This document shows, in pieces, positions 1 through 9,808 of a stretch of DNA of 64,000 nucleotides. How positions within the stretch are numbered: position 1 is the stretch's first letter; every line of letters starts with the position of its first letter. The notes beneath the pieces were generated by a model. The model was not told the origin of the DNA. It did no database searches and saw nothing but the letters and a program-made list of their open reading frames with translations. The position numbers and the translations under genes are program-made. Source of the stretch: a virus (Duplodnaviria; Caudoviricetes); the IMG/VR virus record IMGVR_UViG_3300009868_000001, positions 32,001-96,000 of that record; one strand, written 5' to 3'.

Positions 1-2734
1 TAGCGTCAATTTGAACTTCATAATAGCTAATACCACGTGCTGCTAAAACTGCGTCTAGGTAATTCTTAACGATTGATTTTACACGAAGTTGAGTGATCTC
101 ATCATTAAAGTCGAACAAGAAGTTAAATAGAATCCTTTCAATATCCTTCTCAATAGTTATAAGTGCTTCTCTCACGTGGATGTTGTTAAGTGCTGAACGT
201 ACTCTTTGATATGCAAGGTTGTTCGAAAGAATCATGTTTCCAAATCCTCTACGCTTGACAATTAAGTTAAATCCGGTTGGTTCCAAGTAATCTCTATCTT
301 CTTTAGTTAAGAAGTATTCTGGTTCTACGATTTCTGGGTCTAATAAAATACCTTTCTTTGCACCAACGATTGAGAACGTGTTTCCTGAAGAGTATTTTCT
401 CATGAATGCGTTTCCAACATATGGAGCTGGAGGTACTGAACGATTCCTACCGTTATCGATTATGATAAGGTTAGGCATAAAATATGCTGCATATGTTGAA
501 ACTGGAATACCATTCACGTCTCCGTCTGCAAACTTAAAGGTGAAGCTTGGGTTTAAATCCAAGTTACCTCCAGTTGAGATATGAGCTGGGGAAACCAGTT
601 TAGTTGCTATGTCAATAAAACTTGGGTCTACTGACTTTTCAAATTGTGCAAAGGATGGAGAGTTTAGTATTGCTAAACACTTACCATGGTCTGCTGCTAT
701 CTTAGCCAAGTAATACTTAGAAGACTGCGCAATCTGACCTTCATAAGAGTCGATTATGTAACGGAAGTCTACTGTTTCTCCGTCTGCTAATGTCTTAGCT
801 ATGTTTGTATCGTTGTAGATAAATCCAAGGATATCGTCTTGTCTGTCCGCTGTCTTATTAGGCAGGTGTTTTTCAAGAAGCTTAAAGCTGTCTAAGTAGA
901 AACCTTTATACTCCTGAATAAAGTTCTTCACTCCCTTATAAACGTGCAACTCATTGTTGTCTGTGTATATACCAGATATAGTTGCGGCTGACGGTACCAT
1001 TGTTGTGACCGTGTAAGAAGTCTCAGATGGGCTCAAAGTTGTTGAAGAAGATACCGAAAGAATCTTTAGGAATCTTGGACGACTGTCTCCAACGAGTTTC
1101 GCTTTAATGTAGTTATTTGGCTTAATAAACTCGTCAATTGTTGTCTTGTTTGTCGAATTTATTGTAAGCTTGATCTTGTTTATTCCAAGAATAGAGTAAG
1201 AAGTAAAGTAGTTTGTATCAGTTAAATCAAACACTTTCTTAAAGCTCTTAAGATCCGTATTGGCAATATCATAGTAACCTGCGATAGTAGGCGTAACGTC
1301 CTCTCTGTTCACCAGAGTAACGTCTGCATATTGATACAGCTTAATAAACTTATAGGTGTTACCACTTATTGTCGCAGTAAATCCAGAATCTATTCTAACA
1401 TAGCTTGTTAAGTGTTCATTGGTGTTTTTAATGAACCCGTTTTTCCATGCAGTATACAGTGAGCTGTTTTCGTAAGCGACTATATACTTAGGAGTTACCG
1501 TATCATCTACTACTATTGCGTCGTTAGGACCGGCTGGAACAGAACCTGTAATAACTGGGTTAGAGTCAATAGTTCCTGAAATAAGGTCTCCTGCTATCTT
1601 TAAAGAAAGAGCACCTTCTGATGGCTGACGGTAGCTAAGTATGTCCACTAATTTGTTAGTAGAATCGTCTGCCATGTAAAGCAATTGGTCAAATCCATGA
1701 CCTATAAGGTCTACCCTATGGGTTTGCATGCTTGAGTCTGTAAATGAAGACTCAGTAAGGTCGATAAGTTCAAGTTTATCATGATCTACTCCACAAAGAA
1801 CTTCTGTTTGAACAAAGATTCTGTTGATTACCTTATCGATTGATACAACAGTACCGGTTTGGTCTTTAAAGTCTGGGATAAGGCTACCGACCGTCCTTAA
1901 GACGACTTTAACTTCTCCTTGAGAAAGGAAGTTGTTCACTTTGCTTCTCATAAGACCTCTTTCGTTAAAGTATTGTTTCCAAACTGGATCGTTTGAAAGT
2001 TTAACGTTATCTGTCCAGTTACCTTCGATTGCAAATATTTCAACGAAGTAATCTGAAACTAAGTCATCTGGATGTAAGAATGCTGGAACTTCAACATCGT
2101 CTCCGAATTGTCCATAGTATTCCTTAACGGTAAGGTCATATCCAGTAACATCTGCTATTTTAACCCAAACTGTCATAGGTTTCTTTCCAAGGTTAGCAAA
2201 GCTAAATATCTTATTGGAATCTGCATCGATTTCACCAAATAAACCTGGGTTAGTGATAAAATCGTCGCCTAATGCTATATTCTTAGTTTTGTTCAATTGG
2301 TTAGAGTCAGCATACCATAACCTTTGAGTGTTATAAAAGTCTGAAAGAGGTTGGTTAAACTCTGACAGTAAGTTGTTAGTGTTCATTGCTGAACCTTCGG
2401 TGTTAAATGTTGTAAACCACACCTTATCGTCATCGTCAACCGGAAGAACGTTTAATGCATAAACAGGTCCTTCCCTAAGTGAAACTTCTATTGCTCTATG
2501 AAAGAAGCTTCCTTTATTTTCTAATTGAGTGTCAATATCACCAAAGACCAGTCTTGCAGTTTTAAGGTCGGTTATAGACACTACTGAGTTGACAGGTCCC
2601 TTTTTGCTTGATCCAATAATAAGTCGCCCCGTAGTTAACGGTAAGCTAATGTTTTGGCTCTCATCGATTTCAAATGTGTAAATACCACTTGATAATAGAT
2701 TGTTTAAATTAATTCGTTGGAGCGTATCAGCCAT
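1..2734 (-). CDS. gp18: Tail sheath protein (gp18-like), runs off the left edge (>910 aa); missing from the ORF track
   Basis: Manual translation from ATG at 2734: MADTLQRINLNNLLSSGIYTFEIDES...IIGSSKKGPVN...FG. The C-terminal part reads SALNNIHVREALITIEKDIERILFNLLFDFNDEIT, typical of sheaths. Two ATAAATA motifs lie upstream. Confidence 0.9.
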   Translation of the reverse strand, partial: MADTLQRINLNNLLSSGIYTFEIDESQNISLPLTTGRLIIGSSKKGPVNSVVSITDLKTARLVFGDIDTQLENKGSFFHRAIEVSLREGPVYALNVLPVDDDDKVWFTTFNTEGSAMNTNNLLSEFNQPLSDFYNTQRLWYADSNQLNKTKNIALGDDFITNPGLFGEIDADSNKIFSFANLGKKPMTVWVKIADVTGYDLTVKEYYGQFGDDVEVPAFLHPDDLVSDYFVEIFAIEGNWTDNVKLSNDPVWKQYFNERGLMRSKVNNFLSQGEVKVVLRTVGSLIPDFKDQTGTVVSIDKVINRIFVQTEVLCGVDHDKLELIDLTESSFTDSSMQTHRVDLIGHGFDQLLYMADDSTNKLVDILSYRQPSEGALSLKIAGDLISGTIDSNPVITGSVPAGPNDAIVVDDTVTPKYIVAYENSSLYTAWKNGFIKNTNEHLTSYVRIDSGFTATISGNTYKFIKLYQYADVTLVNREDVTPTIAGYYDIANTDLKSFKKVFDLTDTNYFTSYSILGINKIKLTINSTNKTTIDEFIKPNNYIKAKLVGDSRPRFLKILSVSSSTTLSPSETSYTVTTMVPSAATISGIYTDNNELHVYKGVKNFIQEYKGFYLDSFKLLEKHLPNKTADRQDDILGFIYNDTNIAKTLADGETVDFRYIIDSYEGQIAQSSKYYLAKIAADHGKCLAILNSPSFAQFEKSVDPSFIDIATKLVSPAHISTGGNLDLNPSFTFKFADGDVNGIPVSTYAAYFMPNLIIIDNGRNRSVPPAPYVGNAFMRKYSSGNTFSIVGAKKGILLDPEIVEPEYFLTKEDRDYLEPTGFNLIVKRRGFGNMILSNNLAYQRVRSALNNIHVREALITIEKDIERILFNFLFDFNDEITQLRVKSIVKNYLDAVLAARGISYYEVQIDA

Positions 2735-2753
2735 TTCGGTCAGTCTTTTTTGC

Positions 2754-2815
2754 TATTTATTTTCATACAGTGATATAAGGTCACACCTTATTCACGAAAT
2801 TTCTTAGTTATTTAT
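2754..2815 (-). promoter_or_regulatory. Tandem T4-like late promoters (ATAAATA at 2754-2760 and 2809-2815) for the tail sheath
   Basis: TATTTAT occurs twice on the + strand directly upstream of the sheath start; the same motif precedes about 12 structural-type genes. Confidence 0.7.
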
Positions 2816-2825
2816 CAATAGTAAG

Positions 2826-2853
2826 TAAACCTAAAAAGCTAATTGGAGTAGAA
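2826..2853 (+). promoter_or_regulatory. Putative early/middle promoter TAAAC-N17-GTAGAA
   Basis: Bipartite motif that recurs before replication and metabolism operons. Confidence 0.55.
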
Positions 2854-2872
2854 GTTAAGAAAAAGTATAAGT

Positions 2873-3352
2873 ATGTCAAACACAAATTATCAAGCATGTG
2901 CACAACTTGAGGTTGAGGATCTATATAAAGACAGTAAGAACACATTGGGCGACTTGATGAATCTTCAAAAAGATATTCAGGAAACAGTCTACGGCCATGA
3001 TTTTAAAAAACTGAGAGAAGAACCTCTTTCCGAGATGCGTAAGTTCTATGATTGGAATTACCATGCTATCCAGGATGAACTTAGGGAAACTTTTAATGCA
3101 CTTGGTGGTATAAATGATGGTATAGGTAATGGTGTATGGAAACCTTGGAAAAAATCCAATAAAGATTCCTATTCTATTAAGTTTTCTCAGATGTCTCCAA
3201 AAGACCTGCTTGAACTTAAATATGAACTTGTTGACATTCAACACTTCTTATTCAATATGATGCTCGCAATCGGAATGACACCAGAAGAGCTATTCAATCT
3301 TTATTTTGCCAAGAATAAAGAAAACCGCGACCGTCAAAAACGAGGATACTAA
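2873..3352 (+). CDS. Dimeric all-alpha dCTPase/dUTPase (T4 gp56-like)
   Basis: Motifs QDELRE, WKPWK, ELVDIQHF and the C-terminal KNKENRDRQKRGY. Confidence 0.85.
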   Translation: MSNTNYQACAQLEVEDLYKDSKNTLGDLMNLQKDIQETVYGHDFKKLREEPLSEMRKFYDWNYHAIQDELRETFNALGGINDGIGNGVWKPWKKSNKDSYSIKFSQMSPKDLLELKYELVDIQHFLFNMMLAIGMTPEELFNLYFAKNKENRDRQKRGY

Positions 3353-3364
3353 AAAAACTAAAAT

Positions 3365-4750
3365 ATGATAATAAGTTCAGAAATAAACTCTAAGGAAAAT
3401 CTTTTAATTGCTTCTTATTTTAACGAGGCAGGCCAGGTTGATTTTATCCGTAAACAACTTACAGATGAGGATATGTTTAACTGGAAGATTACAAGCAATC
3501 CTACTCCCGACATAAATTGGGACGGAAAGTATCTTGAAAAATCAAAGACTAAATGGGTTTCCAGGTTTAGAACAGAAGAGCTAATACAAAGTAAGTTTAC
3601 TCAAGCTGAACTTGCCAAGCTATATAGTGAAAAGAAACCATATAAGTGGTATTCCGATATAGAAATTTGGCTTACAAGTAACGAGTTCCCAGACCCAAAT
3701 GAAGCAAAAGAACGAGTTTCTCTTATTACATGTTTAAGTGATGATAATTTCATCTATGTCTTATCAACAATGGCTGATTTATCTAAGGAACAACAGGACA
3801 AAATGATGGCGTTTGTAAACAAATACGTCGAATCACACGGTCAGACATTTAAGTTAAAATATGTCTATTATGAACAGGAGGAAAATATGCTTCGTGCATT
3901 TTTCCATAAAATGCTTCCTAAAATTCCTTTTTTAACCGGATGGAACTTTATGGGATTTGACTGGTTGTATCTTGTTAATCGTGCTAAAAACATTGGAATT
4001 GAACCAGCTGCAGCCCTATTAAACAAAAGACTCATAGGTAAAGCATATATGCCTTCTCATTTAGGTCTTCTTGACTACATGGAAGTCTTTATGAACCTTA
4101 AGCCATATAAAGTTGTCGAAAACTATAAATTGGGTTACATCGCAAACCTTGTCTTAGGAACTAAGAAACTTGAGCACGGTAACGAGTCGATGATGGAGTT
4201 TCAAAAACAGACTGAGAAATACATTGCATATAACATAATTGACACGATTCTTGTTAAGTTAATAGATGACAAACTTCAATTATTAGATGTGGCTTTTGAG
4301 ATCTCAAATGTTGCACGTATCGATGTAAGCCGAATTTTCAGTTCAGTTTATATCACAGAAACATTAATGTGTCGTGAATTCCTTTCACGTGGAAGAAAGA
4401 TGGCATCGTTGGATAAAGCTCCATTGATGGACAGCACATATGACGGTGCGTATGTTGCAAAACCTGTCCCTGGATACTATCCGCTAGTCGCATGTTATGA
4501 CTTTGCATCAATGTATCCAAATCTACAGATACAGTTTAACATATCTCCAGACGCTTATTTGGGCAAAATAAACCAAATGAATGAAGAAGAAGTGTTAGAC
4601 AACATATGGACTAAGAATAACACAGTCTTTAATTCTAAAAACGACTCAGCAGCAAGGACAATACTAAGCGGTCTTTATAATGCTCGAGTTGAGACTAAGA
4701 ATGAAATCAAGAAACTAGAAAAGAAAAGCTTAGATGTTCAAGTGTCTTAA
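3365..4750 (+). CDS. Family-B DNA polymerase, N-terminal subunit (3'-5' exonuclease + motif A)
   Basis: ExoI SDIE, ExoII GWNFMGFD, ExoIII YNIID and motif A YDFASMYPN. It ends after the first fingers helix (LYNARVETKNEIKK). Confidence 0.9.
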   Translation: MIISSEINSKENLLIASYFNEAGQVDFIRKQLTDEDMFNWKITSNPTPDINWDGKYLEKSKTKWVSRFRTEELIQSKFTQAELAKLYSEKKPYKWYSDIEIWLTSNEFPDPNEAKERVSLITCLSDDNFIYVLSTMADLSKEQQDKMMAFVNKYVESHGQTFKLKYVYYEQEENMLRAFFHKMLPKIPFLTGWNFMGFDWLYLVNRAKNIGIEPAAALLNKRLIGKAYMPSHLGLLDYMEVFMNLKPYKVVENYKLGYIANLVLGTKKLEHGNESMMEFQKQTEKYIAYNIIDTILVKLIDDKLQLLDVAFEISNVARIDVSRIFSSVYITETLMCREFLSRGRKMASLDKAPLMDSTYDGAYVAKPVPGYYPLVACYDFASMYPNLQIQFNISPDAYLGKINQMNEEEVLDNIWTKNNTVFNSKNDSAARTILSGLYNARVETKNEIKKLEKKSLDVQVS

Positions 4751-4778
4751 AAACGCTTACTTAAAAATTAAATTACGT

Positions 4779-5450
4779 ATGAATCCGGATTTATTACAAC
4801 AGGTTGCAACTTACAGGGATTTTTTCCTACACAAACAGATGCAATGGATAAAATCGAGCGATCCAGCCAAGGTCGCCAAGCTTGTGACTGTATCTGAAGT
4901 CTTCGCTCGAGGTAAGGATATTTATGCACAACTGAGCGATGGAACTTCCATACCTGTTACTCGACTAAATAATGATCTTATGATGATCACCAATGATACA
5001 CCAGCAATGTCACTAGACCAAGTAAGGTCGATTAATGCTGATCCTGGTGTGAGTGTTTCTCCAAAGAGCGGAACAGATGACGACCCATATAGTGATACTA
5101 GCCTCGAAGTAGCTGAAAGTCCAAAGACAGTTAGGGAACATTATGAAAACAAGATGGGAGGACAACAACCTGTTCAGGAATCTGCTGTAGAAAGGAGGGT
5201 TCAATCATCAGCTCCTCAAAATCAAAACTTCTTTAATCAATTTACGGCAGATTCTATAAACCTTAACTTAAACATTACAATTAATCTTCCTCCGATGAAT
5301 CTATTGAAGATGATGTATAATAATGCTAAGGATAAGAATGAATTTTTGAAGAATTTGTGTAGCCATATAAATAATCAAATAACAGAAAGTGTTATTCAGG
5401 AGTCAATAATCAAAAAGATTGACTCTAAAAAGAGCCAACCTAATGAGTGA
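4779..5450 (+). CDS. Hypothetical protein
   Basis: Open frame within the operon; the likely start is ATG 4779, after the polymerase stop. Confidence 0.6.
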   Translation: MNPDLLQQVATYRDFFLHKQMQWIKSSDPAKVAKLVTVSEVFARGKDIYAQLSDGTSIPVTRLNNDLMMITNDTPAMSLDQVRSINADPGVSVSPKSGTDDDPYSDTSLEVAESPKTVREHYENKMGGQQPVQESAVERRVQSSAPQNQNFFNQFTADSINLNLNITINLPPMNLLKMMYNNAKDKNEFLKNLCSHINNQITESVIQESIIKKIDSKKSQPNE

Positions 5451-5886
5451 AATTGATAAAGCTCCAAGTAAAAAGACAGACGTATGCCTAATCTTGTTTA
5501 CGGTCACTGACAGTGAAAAGGTTAAAAATGTCTATACTTACATTGACGATAAACATCAAACCGTAGTTACGGTGGAGTTTGATCCAAATAAGGATGACTC
5601 GTATTGGGACTGTATTTCACGAGGTCTCTTAAACTCAGCAGGTCTTGATATAGATTCAGATAATCTATCAGTTAATGATGTGTTTTACTTAGGTGATATT
5701 ACTTCTTCATATTTTTCAGAGATTAAATGTTTTGGTGTAAATGTGTCTAACATCGAAGGTCTTGAGTCAAAACTTCAATCAAGTTCTGGAAAGTTTCATA
5801 AGATAGGATTCCATCATTTAGTTGGTGGTGAATGCACAGACACTCTTCTATTATCGTCATCCTTCCTTCTTGCCGCCTATTTTTAA
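5443..5886 (+). CDS. Hypothetical protein, possibly a degenerate Nudix fold
   Basis: DCISRGLLNSAGLD...YLG resembles a Nudix box (RELxEExG) that has lost its glutamates. Confidence 0.45.
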   Translation: MSEIDKAPSKKTDVCLILFTVTDSEKVKNVYTYIDDKHQTVVTVEFDPNKDDSYWDCISRGLLNSAGLDIDSDNLSVNDVFYLGDITSSYFSEIKCFGVNVSNIEGLESKLQSSSGKFHKIGFHHLVGGECTDTLLLSSSFLLAAYF

Positions 5887-5889
5887 TTG

Positions 5890-5918
5890 AAAACTCCATT
5901 CACCTTTTTTCGTAAAAT
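5890..5918 (+). promoter_or_regulatory. Putative early/middle promoter AAAAC-N17-GTAAAAT
   Basis: Recurrent bipartite motif upstream of uvsX. Confidence 0.55.
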
Positions 5919-5937
5919 TATAAAAAGAAAAGAGTAA

Positions 5938-7167
5938 ATGGCTAAACAGGCAAAAGACGTTTTTTCCGAGTTTAATAAACAACTGGACAAGCTCGCTGAG
6001 AGCTCAAAAATGGAAGTCGAACTTAAAGGCTTCTCAGATATTTCAGAATACATCGATACTGGTAACTACATTTTAAATGCAGCTTTAACCGGTTCTATTT
6101 TAGGTGGATATCCAAATGCACGAAGCGTTTGTATTGCAGGTGAACCTAGCACAGGTAAAACATTCTTATGTTTAAATGCTGCACGTGAAGCCCAGAAAAT
6201 GGGATATTACATAATGTATATTGATACTGAAGGTGCAATCGACCAAAAGGACTTTTCTAATTTCGGAGTAGACCTAACTAAATTAAGATATATTCGTCTT
6301 GGAACGGTGAGTGATGTTAAATTTGCAGTCGCAAGTGCAATTAAAGTAATTAAGGACATCATCAATGACAATCCAACAGCTAAGTTTATGCTTTTTGTTG
6401 ACTCAATAGGTCAGCTTGAAACTGGAAAGGAAAGAAATGATGCAGTCCAAGGTAAAGACACATCTGATATGGGTCTTAGAGCCAAACAGTTACGTGCAGC
6501 CTTTAGGAATTTTACGCTCGATTTATCAAATCTTAAGGTTCCAATGATATTCACCAATCACTTAGGTGATGACCCAGCTAACATATATGCTGGTAAAAAG
6601 ACAGGTGGCGGTAAAGGACCAGAATACGCTGCGTCAACTATCATATATCTAGGAAAAGGCACGCTTAAAGACGGAGAGACCAAGACCGGTATTATCGTTA
6701 AGATAATGATTAAGAAAAACAGGTTAGCTAAACCAATAGAAGGTATTGAAATTCATATCTCTCATTTAAAGGGTATGAACAGATATGTAGGCCTTCAACA
6801 ATTTATGAGTTGGGAAGGTTGTGGAGTTGCTCGTGGTAAAAAACTAACAGAGAAAGAGTATTCTAAATTGTCTGATGCAGATAAAGCTAAGGCCAAACCA
6901 TTTAAGGTTGGTGAAGAACAGCTTTACTTAATAGAATCTAACCAAGCTAAGAATTATATCATAAAATGGACAGGTGAGGCTGTGCCGGTTAAATACTTAT
7001 TCACGTCTCAGGTCTTTACTGAAAAGGTCTTAAAGGAACTTGATGAAACCGTCATAAAGCCTATGTTCAAATATGCAACAATGTCTGAGATACTTGCAGA
7101 TGAAGTTAACGATTTAGATATCTCAGGTGATACAGATGATGACGATTTAACTGAAACTGAAGAGTAA
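5938..7167 (+). CDS. uvsX: RecA/UvsX recombinase
   Basis: DTGNYILN, Walker A GEPSTGKT, YIDTEGA, FVDSIG, DMGLRAK, TNH, GGGKG. Confidence 0.92.
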   Translation: MAKQAKDVFSEFNKQLDKLAESSKMEVELKGFSDISEYIDTGNYILNAALTGSILGGYPNARSVCIAGEPSTGKTFLCLNAAREAQKMGYYIMYIDTEGAIDQKDFSNFGVDLTKLRYIRLGTVSDVKFAVASAIKVIKDIINDNPTAKFMLFVDSIGQLETGKERNDAVQGKDTSDMGLRAKQLRAAFRNFTLDLSNLKVPMIFTNHLGDDPANIYAGKKTGGGKGPEYAASTIIYLGKGTLKDGETKTGIIVKIMIKKNRLAKPIEGIEIHISHLKGMNRYVGLQQFMSWEGCGVARGKKLTEKEYSKLSDADKAKAKPFKVGEEQLYLIESNQAKNYIIKWTGEAVPVKYLFTSQVFTEKVLKELDETVIKPMFKYATMSEILADEVNDLDISGDTDDDDLTETEE

Positions 7168-7505
7168 TGGATTTTATCTTAAAAAAGGAATTGCCCCTTA
7201 AATATCATCTAGGGATGTATAAGAGTTCACGAGAGTTTCCTCAAAAGGAGGATCTCTTGTTTGCTCTGTCTACTCATTTTATAAAGGTTGCCTCCAAGAA
7301 AAAAGTTAAGGCTGAAGACTTTCAAGTCACTTCAGATTTACTTAAAGACCTGTTTGGTGACGTTAAGTTCCTACAAAATTTTAGAGGTTTTATAAAACAG
7401 GTTGTGCCGCAGTTGATACAAGAAGAAAGGATAGTTAAGAATCAAGCAGGTTTCCTTTTAAAACCAGCTGAAATTCTTAACTTTTATGAAAGAAAGACCA
7501 AATGA
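7167..7505 (+). CDS. Hypothetical protein
   Basis: Translationally coupled between uvsX and the helicase. Confidence 0.6.
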   Translation: MDFILKKELPLKYHLGMYKSSREFPQKEDLLFALSTHFIKVASKKKVKAEDFQVTSDLLKDLFGDVKFLQNFRGFIKQVVPQLIQEERIVKNQAGFLLKPAEILNFYERKTK

Positions 7506-9109
7506 TAGATTTTAAAGAAAATATTGAGCTCTTAGAGAAAGTCATTTTCAACTTCTTAATATTAGAAGATGATGATGACATTGTTATTAAGCCAAAGAAC
7601 TATGACGGTATTGATAAGAAAGACCTCATACTTATGGCTAAGAGCTATTTTTTTATTGACGACACACTTCAGAAATCTTTCAAGGAAATAAAGAAATATG
7701 TTCAAGCTTATCATAAGTTTCCAACTCGTAATGAGATTAGAGATCTTTTAAATCTTAACAACATTTACTTATCAGAAAATGAGTTTGACGATTTGTTTGC
7801 TGTTAACTTAAAGGATTATTCTTATGATTTTCTTTACAAATACACCAAGGCATTCATCCTTATTAAGAACCTTAATACGAGTATAACTGAAACGTTAACC
7901 TTTTTAAAGACAAGTGAAGTCAAACCTGAAAATATAGACTCAATAGTCAATAAGGTAAGAGACTCTCTTGGTGAAAAGTTAAATCTCTCTTTTTCAAAGA
8001 GAGGCAAGGGCTTAAATTTCTCAGACCCTGCATCACATAAGCAGACCTTAAAATCAGGAACTCCTTCTGGTTTTCATTTCTTTGATAAGGTATTAGGTGG
8101 CGGTTGGAATGAAAAGACTTTAGTTGTCTTTCAAGGTCGGCCAAAGGTTGGAAAGACAACTGTGCTATCAAACATAGCTGCTCGTGCATATATGAGCGGT
8201 GTAAATGTGGGCGTTGCAACAACTGAAGTTTCTAGAGAAAAGTATGTAAAGAAGATTGGAGCAAATGTTCTTAACATTCCGGTAAAAACTTATGAGACTT
8301 TAGTTGAGGACGGACACTTAGATGTCATACAAAATAAGTTAAATCAAGCGTCTAAGGAAATGAAGCTTGGAGAACTTTGGGTTGAGGAATTTCCGACTGG
8401 TGACACTACTGCGATTGATATTGAAAACTATTTCTTAAACATAGAACAATCGACAGGAATTAAGTTTAAAGTAATAGTCGTCGATTATATCAACTTGATG
8501 AGGTCACTTAAAGATCATTCAGGTTCGTATGGACATATTAAAGCAGTGTCAGAGGAACTGAGAGCAATTGCTATCAGAAACAATTGGTGTATAATAACCG
8601 CTACTCAGATGAAGCGAGAGTCAGTTGAAAACCTAAATCCAGGTATGACGGACGTTGCTGAATCATTCGGTCTTATTCACACAGTCGATACTCTGTTCGG
8701 TCTTGTTAGACCTCCTTTGTCCAAGGAAATGAAGATTAACGTTATAGTGAATAGAGATGATGGGTTTGAGGGTAGTTATAGGTCGTTTTACATTGACTAT
8801 GTCTATAATAGGTTAAATGAAAGGTTGGAAGCTGGAACTGAATTTTACTCAGAGGAGGAAGACCTTTCAGACTTAGAAGCTGTTCTTAACGAGGAATACG
8901 AAAAGATTTCACGTTCTACTAATTTTAAAGAACCTGTTTCTAAACCTGCTCCCGTCCTTCAATCATACATGAAACTTGAAAAACCAATACAAAACGAAAT
9001 ACCTGTCAGTCAACACACTGGCAAAAAATTAAAACCTCTTAAGGATGTTCTTTCAGCATCACACGCTTCCATTTTGTCTGGAGACGATGACGACAGTTGT
9101 CCTTTTTAA
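7502..9109 (+). CDS. gp41: Replicative DnaB-like helicase (gp41)
   Basis: GRPKVGKT, EEFPTG, VVDYINLM, SEELRAIA, TATQ, AESFG. Confidence 0.9.
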   Translation: MIDFKENIELLEKVIFNFLILEDDDDIVIKPKNYDGIDKKDLILMAKSYFFIDDTLQKSFKEIKKYVQAYHKFPTRNEIRDLLNLNNIYLSENEFDDLFAVNLKDYSYDFLYKYTKAFILIKNLNTSITETLTFLKTSEVKPENIDSIVNKVRDSLGEKLNLSFSKRGKGLNFSDPASHKQTLKSGTPSGFHFFDKVLGGGWNEKTLVVFQGRPKVGKTTVLSNIAARAYMSGVNVGVATTEVSREKYVKKIGANVLNIPVKTYETLVEDGHLDVIQNKLNQASKEMKLGELWVEEFPTGDTTAIDIENYFLNIEQSTGIKFKVIVVDYINLMRSLKDHSGSYGHIKAVSEELRAIAIRNNWCIITATQMKRESVENLNPGMTDVAESFGLIHTVDTLFGLVRPPLSKEMKINVIVNRDDGFEGSYRSFYIDYVYNRLNERLEAGTEFYSEEEDLSDLEAVLNEEYEKISRSTNFKEPVSKPAPVLQSYMKLEKPIQNEIPVSQHTGKKLKPLKDVLSASHASILSGDDDDSCPF

Positions 9110-9124
9110 AATAATCCATGAAAA

Positions 9125-9808
9125 GTGGAAGAAAAACATATAATTGAAACTGACTCTAACCTAGAAGAAGAATATCATGAGAGTCAAAGTGAATTTGAAG
9201 AGTTTGAAGAGTTTGACGAAGAGTCTTCTGAATCCGATGAAGAAGAAGGAGATGAAGAGGAAGCTGAAGCACGAAGGAATAAACATGCAATTCTAAAGAA
9301 GAACGACAAGATCTTCAATAACTCATATAACACAGGTGATGGAATCCAAAGAGACGATTATCATTCACAGGAAATTCGTCTGTCACCTGCTTATTCAGAT
9401 TCATACTTACAAGAATCGGATGGGTATACTGACAGGTTAGGATTAAGTGTAGTCCAGACAGAACTCGATGCAGTCTATAAGAGAAATCCAAAGCTTCTTG
9501 AAATAATTGGAAACGAAAAACGTAAGTTTTCTAAGACAGATGTTAACTTTGTCTTTAATGTCCTTTTAAAAGAGCTTAACAATAGCATTTTTGCGAATTC
9601 AATTCACGTATTAGATGCAGTATGTAATCTTTTGCAAATTGAGTATAAGAAAGCGTTTGATATGCTGGATTATGAGTTTAAGGAAATATTAGTCAGTGAC
9701 CTTGATGACCAATTTGGCGTGTTAAACAGCAATTTTAAAACCAGATCACCTAGAAAGGTAGAAAACGAAGAAGATGACGATGAACTTGACGAAGAATATC
9801 AGGATTGA
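9125..9808 (+). CDS. Acidic protein, possible gp33-like late-transcription coactivator
   Basis: The C-terminal VLDAVCNLLQIEYKKAFDMLDYEFKEIL resembles the gp33 pattern; both termini are acidic. Confidence 0.4.
   Translation: MEEKHIIETDSNLEEEYHESQSEFEEFEEFDEESSESDEEEGDEEEAEARRNKHAILKKNDKIFNNSYNTGDGIQRDDYHSQEIRLSPAYSDSYLQESDGYTDRLGLSVVQTELDAVYKRNPKLLEIIGNEKRKFSKTDVNFVFNVLLKELNNSIFANSIHVLDAVCNLLQIEYKKAFDMLDYEFKEILVSDLDDQFGVLNSNFKTRSPRKVENEEDDDELDEEYQD

Noticed and set aside
4680-4750. Polymerase pseudogene, frameshift, split intein or intron
   Set aside because: The complementary half is intact at 49486, there are no Cys/His-Asn intein ends, and the downstream ORF is unrelated to polymerases.
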